A stretch of DNA of 64,000 nt from Octopus vulgaris. Its lineage: Eukaryota. Below, piece after piece: positions 43,330 to 56,335 of this stretch. The position numbers and the translations under genes are program-made. Position 1 is the first letter of the stretch; each line of letters begins with the position of its first letter. Location: NCBI GenBank assembly GCA_951406725.2, contig OX597816.1, positions 78,244,001 to 78,308,000 on the forward strand. The letters run 5' to 3'. The notes below the pieces were generated by a model. It was not told the origin of the DNA. It made no database searches and saw only the letters and a program-made list of their open reading frames with translations.

Positions 43330-44285
43330 ATTTAAAAAATGAGGAATTATGTACATTATTTACATTTGACGGATATTTGTCCTCATCTTGTTTGTTGTTA
43401 ACACAATGTTTCAGCTGATATACCCTCCAGCCTTCATCAGCAGTTGTGGGGAAATTTTGAACCTGCGATGTCATTCCTAAGGTATTATTATTATTATTAT
43501 TATTAAGGTCACTGCCTGGAATCGAACTTGGAATCTTGGGGTTAGTAGCCTGCGCTCTTAACCACTATGCTCGTGGGCAATTATGGAGTGAATTTTAGGG
43601 CTTATAAATCTAATATTCTCCTATCCTTCCTTAATACCAGTTCCCATATGCTGTTCATATCTGCATTCGATCTGCTTAGGAGGTTGATGTGTCCTAGCAT
43701 ATGTGCTGCTTCTTTTAGTTTTCATATTTTCCAGTGGAGTTCTCTGTCTATTATCTTAACTTCATCCCACAGGGGGAGGTGGTCTCCATTTTTCCATACC
43801 CGATTTATCAATATCTCCCCGTGTCACAGCTTTGTGATGTTCCTCTACCCTTATTTTGAGTGGGCGGCATGTTTTGCCTTTGTATAACTTACCACAGCTG
43901 CATGGGATGGAGTACACACACTTCTTGGTCATATTCTCTTCTATTGGTGGTTTTACTCAAAGGAGATATTTGCAAAGTGTTGTATTACTTTTGAATACTG
44001 TCCTGATGTCATATGGGCCACATATCTTTTGTATCTTTTCGGAGAGGCCTTTCTCATAGGGTAGACAGTCTGTGGACCGTTTATCAGTTTCATCCTCCCT
44101 TTTCATCATAACTGGAGTGGAGAGTATGCTTTTGAGGTAGTTGTTACTTAATAGATTGTTACTGAGCTTGATTATTTTTTTGTGGTGGGTATCAAGATCG
44201 CTACTTATATTCATTGCTCGATGTTTTAGGCACTGAGCAATCCCTCTCTTTACACTGTATGGATGGCGGGAGTTGAAGTTGAGGT
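43330..44285 (-). mobile_element. Penelope-like element: RT thumb, GIY-YIG remnant and pseudo-LTR
   Basis: YLNFNSRHP, LPYEKGLSEKIQKIC..VFKSNTTL, VYSIPCSCGKLYKG; hammerhead core at 43401-43440. Confidence 0.85.
43401..43440 (-). ncRNA. Minimal hammerhead ribozyme core of a Penelope pseudo-LTR
   Basis: CTGATGA-A-GGCTG-(10 nt)-CAGCT-GAAAC on the minus strand. Confidence 0.6.
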
Positions 44286-44289
44286 ATAG

Positions 44290-44860
44290 TCCAGGATGTT
44301 ACAGTAACTGGTCCTAAGTGCAACAGCATTGTTGGAATCTTTGGCACTGTGCAGTGGTGACCCATTTTGGCATTTGTGTAGCTTTCAATGCCAAAATTTG
44401 GCACAATCTCTTCCAAGATCTTCCAAATAATCTTCACCCCAGGAAGTAGAGTCTTAGCTGTTTCAGCCTTTCCCAGTAGCTGAGCTGTTACAATGAGACA
44501 ATCTTTGTGAAGCTTCGCTGGATTGCTTCATGGTCCGCTGTTAATTTTACACTGTTGGGTGATTATAACCAGGAGCAGTAGTCCAAGTGACTGAGAACAA
44601 ATGTCCTCCAGAGGACCATCATGGTTCCCTACTCTCTAGTTTTGAAGGTTCTCAGGATCTGGCCAGCTAGCCATCTGCACTTTGTCGCTAACTTGGTAAT
44701 GTGCAATTGGAAAGAGGCATCATCACTCATGTCAATATCCAGGTCTTGCAATGATTTAGGTTCTGGGATTGTAATCTCCTGTAGGTCAGTGTACCCTGTA
44801 AGTTTTACATTCAGTTTGGGCACTGGTAGTGCAGGGCTTGGAATTTTACAGTATTAAGCT
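44290..44860 (-). mobile_element. Degraded CR1/L2-group LINE fragment
   Basis: QDLDIDMSDDASFQLHI, ILRTFKTRE, SHLDYCS, LSYWERLKQLRLY. Confidence 0.8.
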
Positions 44861-44870
44861 GCATATTATA

Positions 44871-45035
44871 GGCGCAGGAGTGGCTGTGTGGTAAGTAGCT
44901 TGCTTACCAACCACATGGTTCTGGGTTCAGTTCCACTGCATGGCACCTTGGGCAAGTGCCTTCTACTATAGCCTTGGGCTGACCAAAGCCTTGTGAGTGG
45001 ATTTGGTAGATGGAAACTGAAAGAAGCCCGTCGTA

Positions 45036-45088
<53 letters not shown>

Positions 45089-45172
45089 GTATGTATGTGT
45101 GTGTATATATTTGTGTGTCTGTGTTTGTCCCCCAACATCGCTTGACAACCGATGCTGGTGTGTTTACATCCC
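44871..45172 (+). mobile_element. tRNA-derived SINE (38565 family), 3'-truncated
   Basis: Near-identical head to 38565. Confidence 0.85.
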
Positions 45173-45616
45173 CTGAAGGTGAGAAAGTCTTTTTCGAGCC
45201 TACGCTTTTCAACAGAAGGGAACACAAGAAAATAAATAGAGAGATTAAAAAAAGAAAGCTTTAATAGCTAGCGGTCAATCATGGCGATGGCTGGACAGAG
45301 GTGGTCAAACAGGAGAGTTAGGAAGGAGGGGCGATAATAAAGTGGTGGTGATCCCAAAATGAAGGTGCACATGTGTGTTTGTGTGTGAGAGCATGTGTGT
45401 GCATATGGTTAGGGACTGGTGACCTTGACATGTGGGTGTGTGCATGATGGTATGGGTGGTGGCATATAAATATAAAAATGGGACAAAAACGCAATAGAGG
45501 AAAATAAAACATTTGGACAGATAGACGATAGAAAGGTGGACAAGTGGAACAACAATTAGAAGGACAGGCAAAAAAAGATGGGTCTCACACACACACACAC
45601 ACTATATATATATACG

Positions 45617-45705
<89 letters not shown>

Positions 45706-45708
<3 letters not shown>

Positions 45709-46996
45709 TCATCATCATCATCATCATCATTTAGCGTCCGTTTTCCATGCTAGCATGGGTTGGACGGTTCAACTGGGGTCTGGGGAGCCCGAAGGCTGCA
45801 CCAGGCCAGTCAGATCTGGCAGTGTTTCTACAGCTGGATGCCCTTCCTAACGCCAACCACTCCGAGAGTGTAGTGGGTGATTTTATGTGCCACCGACACA
45901 GGTGCCAGACGAGGCTGGCGAACGGCCACGCTCGGATGGTGTTTTTATGCCACCGACACAGGTAGGCTGGCAGACGGCCACGCTCGGATATGTGCACCGA
46001 CACAGGTGCCAGACGAGGCTGGCAGACGGCCACGCTCGGATGGTGTTTTTATGTGCCACCGACACAGGTGCCAGATGAGGCTGGCGGACGGCCACGATCG
46101 GATGGTGTTTGTTACGTCCCCAAAGCACGGAGGCCAGTCTATGCGGTACTGGCTACGGCCACGTTCGGATGATTTTCTTGTGTGCCACCGGCACTGGTAC
46201 CACAAAGATACAAATTCCATTTATGTTCATCTATTTTGATTTGATTTGATTTGATTTTCACTTGCCTCAACAGGTCTTCACAAGTGTCACAAGAAGGAAG
46301 GTATGCACAGGTGGACTGTCTACGTCGCCGGGTCTTCGGATGGTGTCTTTATGTGCCACCGACACAGGTGCCAGATGTGGCTGGCGAACGGCCACGATCG
46401 GATGGTTTTCTTGTGTGCCACCGGTACTGGAACCACAAAGATACAAATTCCATTGATGTTCATCTATTTTGATTTGGTTTGATTTTGATTTTGATTTTCA
46501 CTTGCCTCAACAGGTCTTCACAAGTGTCACGCGTGTCACACACTTGCCTCAACAGGTCTCCACAAGTGTCACACACTTGCCTCTGCCTCAACAGGTCTTC
46601 ACAAAGTGTCACACACTTGCCTCTGCCTCAACAGGTCTTCACAAGTGTCATAAGAGGGAAGGTATGCACAGGTGGACTGACTACGTCGCCGGGTCTTTGG
46701 ATGGTGTTTTTATGTGCCACCGACACAGGTGCCAGGTGAGGCTGGCGAACGGCCATGATCAGATGGTGTTTGTTGTGCCCACAGCACGGAGGCCAGTCGA
46801 TGCGGTACCAGCTACGGCCACGTTCGGATGGTTTTCTTGTGTGCCACCTGTACTGGAACCACAAAGATACAAATTCCATTGATATTCATCTATTTTGATT
46901 TGGTTTGATTTTCACTTGCCTCAACAGGTCTTCACAAGGGTCACACACTTGCCTCAACAGGTCTCCACCAGTGTCACACACTTGCCTCTGCCTCAA
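45706..46996 (-). mobile_element. RTE 3'-UTR copy with heavily expanded nested tandem arrays
   Basis: (CAT)n tail, conserved block, CCGACACAGGTGCCAG units, CACTTGCCTC..AACAGGTCT units, and higher-order duplications. Confidence 0.85.
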
Positions 46997-47018
46997 TATA
47001 TATATATTATATATATAT

Positions 47019-47082
<64 letters not shown>

Positions 47083-47872
47083 AGATAAGAAAATGGAGAA
47101 ATACATCTAAATCAAATATCAATTACCAGATAATACTCAATCACATACTTTATTAAACCACCACATAAGAGATTGTAGGGTTAAATATAAAAAGCAGAAC
47201 AAATCAGTGTACATAAAGGAATGTACATAAAAAGGTGTACATAAAAGAGTAATGTTGTATAATAAGTAGAATATATATAAAAGAGAATATAAATATAAGT
47301 AAATATAAATATAAGTATAGATTACATCTTACAGCTGTTTTGGCCATGTAGATAAGTATGTCTCATTTTACCAATATTAGCCTTTTATGGTAGGTCAATA
47401 TATAGATATAAATGAGACATTTACAAAAATATCATAAGGCCTCTTCGGAGATTATGTAATATAAATCAGTCTACATATATACCCACATGGGTGTGGGTAC
47501 ATACCCATAATACAACATATACATATACATATGAGTGCATATACTCACACTCCTATACATATAAAAATATACATATACATAATGATATAAATAAATAATA
47601 TAAATTAGTAAACATATATATGTGTTCCACATTCAATGTCTCAGTTTTTCGACTTAATATTGTGATAATAAACATACACAAATTAGTACATAGTCAATAG
47701 TACATTATATTACTTCATACTAATTTCTGAAGTGTCATTAAAGTTAGCATCATTATCGTTGTCAATACCATTAACGTTACCATTATTAGAATTCATAATA
47801 TTATTAATAACGCTTACATTAGGATCCAGAGTGGTACATATGTATGTCCGGGTTCAAGTTAGTAATTTTCTG

Positions 47873-48326
<454 letters not shown>

Positions 48327-48849
48327 TTCTGTTTGACAGAAGATTAGAGATTAGATTTCTAATCATTTTTCAGCTACAATATATATCATCATCATCATCA
48401 TTGTTTAATGTCCACCCTCCATGCTGGCATGAGTTGGATGGTTTGACTGAAGACTGGCAAACCAGGAGGCTGCACTAGTTTCCAGTCAGATCTAGCAAGG
48501 TTTCTAAAGCTGGATGCCCTTCCAATGCCAACCATTCCAAGAGTGTAGTGGGTGCTTTTTACGTGCCACCAGCACAGGGGTCAGTCAGGTGGTACTGGCA
48601 TCAACCACACTCAAATGGTGCTTTTTATGTACCACTGGCATGATATATATATATATTTAGGTTAGTTGAAATATGTTTGTCACACATTTCAACTGCTAAA
48701 GGCAAATACACTGCAGTTACCATGGAGAAAAAAATCTCCCTTATGGCAAAAAGGTGTGAAAACACCCAGTTCGTGTCGCCATCTCTCGGGAATCTCAGAT
48801 ATCGATGTTTCAAGTTTATTGTCTCTTGTTGATGAGATGTATCTAAGAG

Positions 48850-50720
48850 ATGATTCTTTATTACGATAATTATTTTTTCATACAAAGATAGGACAATACA
48901 GGACATTACAAACAAATAGTGTGTTTATGAGTTCTTTTTAAAGTGGTTTTACAGATTTTACAATTTACACTTGTCTGTGAAGCCCAACAGTTGCACCATA
49001 CTTTTTTTTTTATCAAGGATGAGATTAAGTAGGGTCATTCACACCTAACTTCCTTGCTACATCCTTCCATCTTTTCCTGAATATAATTTGCGACAGGTGT
49101 CTCCTCTCCAGCCCTATTTTGCTCTTCAGATGATATCTGAAGTAATATAGCAAACCAGGGTTGGAGATAAAAGTTCCCGTCATGACTCCTTTCATTCTAG
49201 AACTAGAACTCTTTCAACACTGTGACTGTACACAAAAACATGCCGCATCTTCCTTTGATAGTCCGGGTGGCGGTACAATCTTGATCATGGACTCAGCATA
49301 TAGCTGTACTCGTCCTAGATGCAACAGTATGTGTTCTATGTGAATTATCAAGTCTGAAAGCTCCAGGCACTGTACAAGAATGTGCAGAACAGTTTCATCA
49401 TCCTGCCCATACCTTGGGCATGCTGGTGGCACAGACATTCCATGCCTAGACAATTTGTCATGAACAGGTAATGCACTCCTATAGCACTGCTAGGTAAGGG
49501 ATTTCTGGTAGTTATCAGGTACCCTGGCCTGAAAGGTCTTTGAAACAGGTTGGCTAGCTGGCCCTCATTGAGTCCGTCTTAAACTCTACCATCTCTCTAT
49601 AGAATACCAAGGTGATATTCCCACTACCGGCCTTATGGATTAGCATGAGTGCCTGTTGGCACTCTTTTTGCCATTCAGTCATGTTGTATCTTTTAATGAA
49701 GTCAGGTTTGAGTCCCTCCAAGGAGGCCAGTCGTGGAAAGAATTCCTCCACCAGCGAATTCCATACCTGGTCACCATTCAAATAGAGCCAGAGGTGCCTT
49801 AGCCTCAGCGCATGCCTGTACATCATTAGCCATGGCATTCCTAACCCACCCTTTAGTGGTCCTTGGCAGCAAACAGAGCACTTCACAGGCAGTTTTCCTC
49901 CCCTCCACAAAAAGCAGAAGAGAAAGCGTGCCAACTTGCTTAGCCATGAATCAGAGCAAGGGACAATGGTCAGATGGTAGGTAATAAAAGATGCAATATA
50001 CACGTGCACCACCTCTTCCCTCCCTTTCAGGGATAGTGCCCTTCCAGACCAGGTCTGGATGAGGGCTTCCACCCTAACCGCCACCTCATACCAATTCTTC
50101 TGTCTGGGAATCTGGTCCAAACTAGATTCCAAACAACTTAACAGGACCATCCGTCCAGTGCCCCATGTCGCTGGACGTTATTGTCTTGCCACTCTAGGTG
50201 CCAAGTCACAAGCTGATGGACTTATTCTTGTTAATTTTCGCTCCTGCTACCACCTCATATCCTTTGATTGCATCCTCTACACAATGTAGCTGAGCTTCAT
50301 TGGACACGGTGATGGTGACATCATCCGCATATACCAAAACAGACTTATTATATCCCAATTCATTGGAGATGCCGCCCCACAAACTCTCCAGCCTCTGCAG
50401 CAATGGCTCATGGGCCAATACATACAGAAGTGGAGACAGTGGGAACCCTTGATGAACTGTGCACTCGATCCTAAATGGCACTGACTGTTTATTGGGACTG
50501 TGGATTTGATACTGCCAAAAATGGCAGTGATCCAACCACAGAAGTCCGGGCCTAGCTCAGCCACCACCAGATACTGGTGTTCTACTCTATCAAAAGATTT
50601 ACTTTGGTCTGAATGGACCAGTGCCCCACCTTTACCAGATAGTTTACCAATCCTCTCTAAGGGGTAGTGCAGGAGATGGAGATTATCCTAGATTGACCTG
50701 CCTGGAATGGTGCATGTCTG
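48850..50720 (-). mobile_element. Tx1/L1-clade LINE, degenerate RT and zf-RVT
   Basis: DQSKSFDRVEHQYL, HQGFPLSPLLYVL, YADDVT, LSLKGR, KGGLGMP, CPRYGQDDETVLHILVQC. Confidence 0.9.
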
Positions 50721-50905
50721 TGCCCTCCCAACAAAATTCTCCGTGGCATGGCCAAAGAAAAGAAACTCTGAATGAACTAAATAAAGCTTATAGCTTTATA
50801 TATATTTCAGCCAGCATGTTGACTGATTTGTGCTAGTAGATTGCCCAATCAAGAAAAAATATTGGAGTAACGTCACAAAGCAGTGTTTACATATAATCAC
50901 AATTT

Positions 50906-51210
50906 TTTTTTTTGTTCCTTCTCGAGCCATGCCTGGCTCATAAGGGCCGGTTTCCCGGTTTCTTGCCGTATAGGTTCCCCACCTGGACGGGACGCCAGTC
51001 CGTCACAGGTGAGCTGCAAGATGCAGGAAGAAAGAGTGAGAGAAAGTTGTGGCGAAAAAGTCAGCAGAACTTCGCCATTACCTTCTGCTGGAGCCGTGTG
51101 GAGCTTAAGTGCTTCGCTCATAAACACACACATCGCCCGGTCTGAGATTCGGACCGGTGATCCCTCGACCGCGAGTCCGCTGATCTAACCACTAGGCCAT
51201 GTGCCTCCAC
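50906..51210 (-). mobile_element. Young full-length tRNA-derived SINE (Meta/V-domain-like) with 14-bp TSD
   Basis: TATAATCACAATTT at 50892-50905 and 51211-51224; A box TGGCCTAGTGG; CTGTGACGGACTGGCGTCCCGTCCAGG core; poly(A) tail. Confidence 0.88.
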
Positions 51211-52248
51211 TATAATCACAATTTAGGTTAGTTGAAATATGTTTGTCACATATTTCAACTGCTAAAGGCAAATGCACTGCAGTAATCATGGAGAAAAATC
51301 TCTTTTATGGCAAAAAAGGTGTGAAAACACCCATCAATGCCTGAGATTCCTGAAAGATGGCGACACTGAATGAACTGGGAATGTCAAAGAACTGGTGATT
51401 TGTTATCCTTGAGTAGACCTGTCCAGCAAAGTAAAATCAAGGCCATAAAGGCATGTCCTTAATGTCTATGCCCCCTTACCACACACAATCTGTCCCCTCA
51501 CCCAACAAACCTCCATGACCCAAATTCCCAAAGCCCTTTTCTCTTACCCATGCTCACCACCCACTGCATTCCTTTCTATTCTCCCTTCTGTACCTACCTG
51601 CACACAATATGTCTCTGTTGAATTACTTCCCCCCCCCCCCTTGCAACGTATCCTCTACAATACACCTTTCCTCCACCTTGTGCCCACTCAACAAATCACC
51701 TCCCTCCCATCTACTACCCCCCTTTCACACAATCTCATGGACTCACCCACTCGCACTCTTGAATCCCTAGTCCACTCACTCTCACCATCATCTCCCTGTC
51801 ACATCTTCACCATCTTCTCTCTCTCCACTCTTTCCCTATGTGAGGCAGCCATGTGTATCTTCTAATGCAAAACATTTTTTTTCTGTCCCTCAATACTACT
51901 CCCACCTCAGGTGAGATGTCATGCCTTGCAAGTTATTTGGTGACCTCACTATTGCTGGTGCCTTGTAAAAAAAACACCCAGTACACTCTGTAGAGTGGTT
52001 GACATTAGGAATCAACAACCAACTGTAGAAACCATGCCAAAGCAGGCAGCAGGGACTGGTGAAGTCTTTTGATTTGCCAGTTCCTGTCAATCCATCCAAC
52101 CCATGCCAACATAGAAATCAGATGTTAAATGATGTTAATGATGATGAGGATGATGATGATGATGGTGATATGTATTAATTTTTCTCTGACCCAGCATTGA
52201 ATGTCTAATAACTGAAAGAAATAGAAAAATAAAAAAAATTGCAATTAC

Positions 52249-52381
52249 TCGCTTTGTCCTCTAACAACGATCTGTGACATAATCAGAAAAATCCCACTTG
52301 TCTGAAAGGTAAGAGTTCCGTTTTCGTTGTATGCTATTTTACTCTGAGTTCCAATAGATGAAGGGTCCCATCTAAAGAGCC
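52249..52381 (-). CDS. TNF-superfamily ligand, internal exon (133 nt, phase 1-2)
   Basis: Acceptor TCTTTTTTTCCAG, donor GA|GTAATT. Reads LFRWDPSSIGTQSKIAYNENGTLTFQTSGIFLIMSQIVVRGQS, the W..Y..G-L...G-x-aromatic-xx-SQ..RG pattern of THD strands A'-C. Confidence 0.8.
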
Positions 52382-52984
52382 CTGGAAAAAAAGATCAGAA
52401 AAGCAACAATATATTACATATGATAATAAAATAAATGACATCAGGTTTTAAAAGTGAAACTACTAGAAAATTTTAAAATTTCTAACGATGCCAGAGGGCT
52501 ACATGTTAGTGACTTTAAGGAAATAATAGATTAGATTTATTTTTGTAATCTGCAGGCATTTATTTCATTAACCTTGGAAGAACAATAGACAAAGTTAACC
52601 TTGACAGAATGTAGCTACCAAATATAAAATTCTTGAATTTGAAGAAATATTTATATATAACATTTATGAAATTGAAGAAATATTTGTGTATTATATGATG
52701 TTAATCCTATTTTATTTTGAAGTTCTCTAAAGTTAAAAGATACTTACTATATAAATAAAGTAGGGACTGAAGTACTAAATCGTGTATATAAAATATTCAC
52801 AATTGAAATTTCATTCTTTGTAAGAGGAAGAATCTAATTACGATTGTCAGCAGATAATTTCAAGCAATTAGGAATTAATTTTACAGGTAAAATGTGATCT
52901 TTATTTGCAAGTATAGAGACAGTAATGGATATATTCTGATCTCTTCCATTAAAATAAATCAGGGCTGCTTATATAATGTATGCA

Positions 52985-53345
52985 ATGGCCCTGTTCAGGC
53001 ACTACCTTGAAGGGCTTTAGTCAAAAGAATCAACCCTAGCATTTATTTTTAAAAAGTTTTGTACTTATTCTACTGGTCTCTTTTGCCAAACCACTAAGTT
53101 ATGGGGATGTAAACAAAGCAACACTGGTTGTCTTGCAGTGGTAGGGGACAAACACACAGACACATGCACATATATACATACACACATATACTTATGATAC
53201 ACACACACATATATACTTCCAGTTTCTGAATACCAAATCCACTCACAAGGTTTTAGTCAGCATGGGACTATAGTAGAAGACACCTGCTTAAGGTGCCATG
53301 CAGTGGTACTCAACCCAAAACCATATGATTAGGAAGCAAACTTCT
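52985..53345 (-). mobile_element. Degraded bipartite SINE (38565 family)
   Basis: Reverse complement similarity, CpG-decayed. Confidence 0.7.
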
Positions 53346-54449
53346 TATATCATCGTCATAGTTGTATGTTTGCTTTCCATGATAGAATGGGTCAGACAGG
53401 TCACCTTAGTTAAAGTCAGCACATATTCAGAGAAACTGCTCAACTAGATGGGTCAGAAGACAGCATCACATTTGTGTACTTTATTTTTGGCTTGGTTTCT
53501 ATGACTGCCAGCTCTAGAGGGGTGTTATGTCTGAGACAAGACTAATTGTCTTTACAATTTCACACTTTACAGATTATATTACATGTATTTTCTTGTGGCA
53601 TCAGCATTAAAGAGATAAGCATGTGAAGGACATGGCTAAATGGATCTCAACGATCTCAGTAATATACATATACTTTCTCATATGGTAATACTCCTATAAA
53701 TGTAAGATAACACACATACAAGCACAGTCATGGAGGCATTCAGTAACTAAACCTCTCTTCCAGAGAGCATTAGATTTCAGTGACAATTCCAATATGTCTA
53801 GTGATATGGACATTGATGTGATCATACATACTAAAAAAACCCACTTCTATTCTTTAATAACTCATTCTTGGGTCAGTTTTAATGAGATAGAGCTATTCAA
53901 TATCCTTATGGAATGCTTTGATGGAATTGAAATAAGTAACTTAATTGGATTTATATTAGATACTCTCCTGACAAAATAATTTAAACTAGAGCTAGGGCTT
54001 TACGTCATCCACATAACCATTTTATATCTGTTTTTCTTTATGCAAGCATGGTTTGGACAAAACTTTGTTGAACTGGTATTCTATTCTAGACAAGAAAAAG
54101 ATGACAAGATCATGTGAGAATTGTATACCCAAGTTTCACCAGTCACTGCATTCTCCCCCTTGCCCTCTCTTTGTATTCACTTGAACTCCCTACTCATGCA
54201 CTCTAGGCAATGCTCTGCCACCTTATTCATATTCTCATTCCTATACTTTGAAAGTTTACCCTAGCACATTGCCACCATCTTTCTTGCTCTCTCTCACCCT
54301 CACTCTTGCTCTCCCTCTCTGACTGGAGTAACATGTATCTCCTCTATAGCAAGACACCTGTTTCTGTCCTTCTGTTAGACTCATATGCTAACCCCTCATC
54401 ACCTGGCACAAAGCCTCCAAATCTTTTTCTAAACTCCAATACCACTCTC

Positions 54450-55203
54450 CACCTCAAAGGATTTTTGTTTTGTGAGTTCCTTAGTGACCTCATCTGTGTT
54501 GATTCTACATTAAGAGCACTCAGTCCTCTCTGTAAAGTGGTCAGCATTAGGAAGGGTATCCAGCCATGGAAATCCATGCCAAAACAGACCTTGCCAGTGC
54601 AGATGTCATGTGAAAAAAAACCCAGCCCATTTTGTAAAGTGGTTGGCATTAGGAAGGACATCCAGCTGCGAAAACCATGGCATAATAAACCTTGCTAGTG
54701 CTGGTGAAAAGCACCCCATCCACTCTAATAAAGTGGTTGGCTTTAGGAAAGGCATTCAGGTGTAAAAACCATGCCAAAACAGTGGAGCTTGATGCAGTCC
54801 TCTGGCTTACCAGCTCCTGTCAAACCATCCAACCCATGCCAATATGGTAGACAGATATTGAATGATGATGATGATATATATATACATACATAAATAAATA
54901 CATACATATATATATATATATATCGCTGGTCACATATACACATCGCTGGTCACAATGCGCTTCGCATTGTTTTAGCTTTCAAATGACACCACCCAGGTGG
55001 CTAAGCGAGCAGGCCAACAGAAGAAAGAGTGAAAGAAAGTTGTGGCCAAAGAGTACAGCAGGGATTGCCACCATCCTCTGCTGGAGCCTCGTGTAGCTAT
55101 AGGTGTTTTCGCTCAATAAACACTCACAACGCCTGGTCTGGCAATCGAAACCACGATCTACAACCGCAAGTCTGCTGCCCTAACCACTGGGCCATTGCGC
55201 CTC

Positions 55204-55205
<2 letters not shown>
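54450..55205. mobile_element. Degraded RTE 3'-UTR tandem (+) followed by a tRNA SINE (-, ~54940-55205)
   Basis: Repeated TAAAGTGGTTGG..TTAGGAA units with GAT tail. The SINE head is related to 50906-51210. Confidence 0.7.
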
Positions 55206-55251
<46 letters not shown>

Positions 55252-55294
55252 GCAATAATAATTCTCTAAAAGAGATATAGACAGTAACTGCTCG

Positions 55295-55567
55295 ATAACA
55301 TAAGGGACTAAAGCCATCTGAATATGGCTAGGGACAGGGCAGGGTGGTGGGGGTGTTACTGTTGCATTTAGCCCCAGGCGAACATCGACGTCGCTAGATA
55401 GGCTTGACACCGTCACGGTGTCCTTTAACTTTGCAGGTTAAAGGACACCGTGACGGTGTCAAGACTATCTAGCGACGTCGATGTTCGCCTGGGGCTAAAT
55501 GCAACAGTAACACCCCCACCACCCTGCCCTGTCCCTAGCCATATTCAGATGGCTTTAGTCCCTTATG

Positions 55568-55571
<4 letters not shown>
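55295..55571. repeat. Near-perfect palindrome: 135-bp arms, 7-nt loop
   Basis: 55295-55429 vs 55437-55571, with one mismatch seen (GATAGGCTTGAC / GTCAAGACTATC). Confidence 0.95.
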
Positions 55572-55627
<56 letters not shown>

Positions 55628-56276
55628 TACATACATACACACACATACAAAATAGAAAACCCTTGATCAAGGTGCCATGCTGTAAGACTGAGTCCCAAAC
55701 CACATGATTGCAAAATTTTTATAACTGTACAGCCAAGCCATCAACTACAGCCAATCTTTACAAACTCATCTCTCCACCTCTTATCGACTTTGTTGTAACC
55801 ACTCCTCCAGGCCCTGCACTAACCATTGATATGCCAAGTCATTTCTCTTTGGAAGATCATTTCTCTGGAATCTCTTCCTTGTTCGTGACTTTCAGAAGTT
55901 GGTGCTGATTTGCAATAGTGTAAGTAGAACATTTACATCAGTCTCACCAGTTGACTGACAAGGGTCGTGGGCTCTGTTTCTTTCTTCACATGTAGAAAAA
56001 AAAAAAAAATTTCGAGGCACCTTTCTTGGAATTCAGTCTAGAATGTCTGTGTGTTCTAAATATATCATTGATTTAATTTTGCTTTGATAAATAAAATTGC
56101 AATGACATAAATTTATTTATTGTCCACCACCACCACCACCACCGCCATCCCAACCATATCATCATCGTTATCGTCACCACCACCACCACCAATACGTTTT
56201 TTTTAAAGCAATATATGATGCTGCTATAACAGAGTTTGGTATACAGTGGTCAAATTGTTTATCATTAAGCAAAAAG

Positions 56277-56335
56277 TTGGCGAGAACTGCCTGTTCGTTC
56301 ATGGAGTGCAGTTATTGCTTCGGCTATCATTTCCT
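56277..56335 (-). pseudogene. 59-bp inverted fragment of the adjacent histone H1 CDS
   Basis: Reverse complement matches 57911-57969 at 58/59 nt (EMIAEAITALHERTGSSRQ). Confidence 0.92.

Noticed and set aside
52748-55990. Candidate upstream TNF exons (52748-52833, ~53582-53636, ~53752-53830, ~55948-55985)
   Set aside because: Wrong phase, weak acceptors or repeat-derived sequence; no convincing AHL strand or transmembrane segment.
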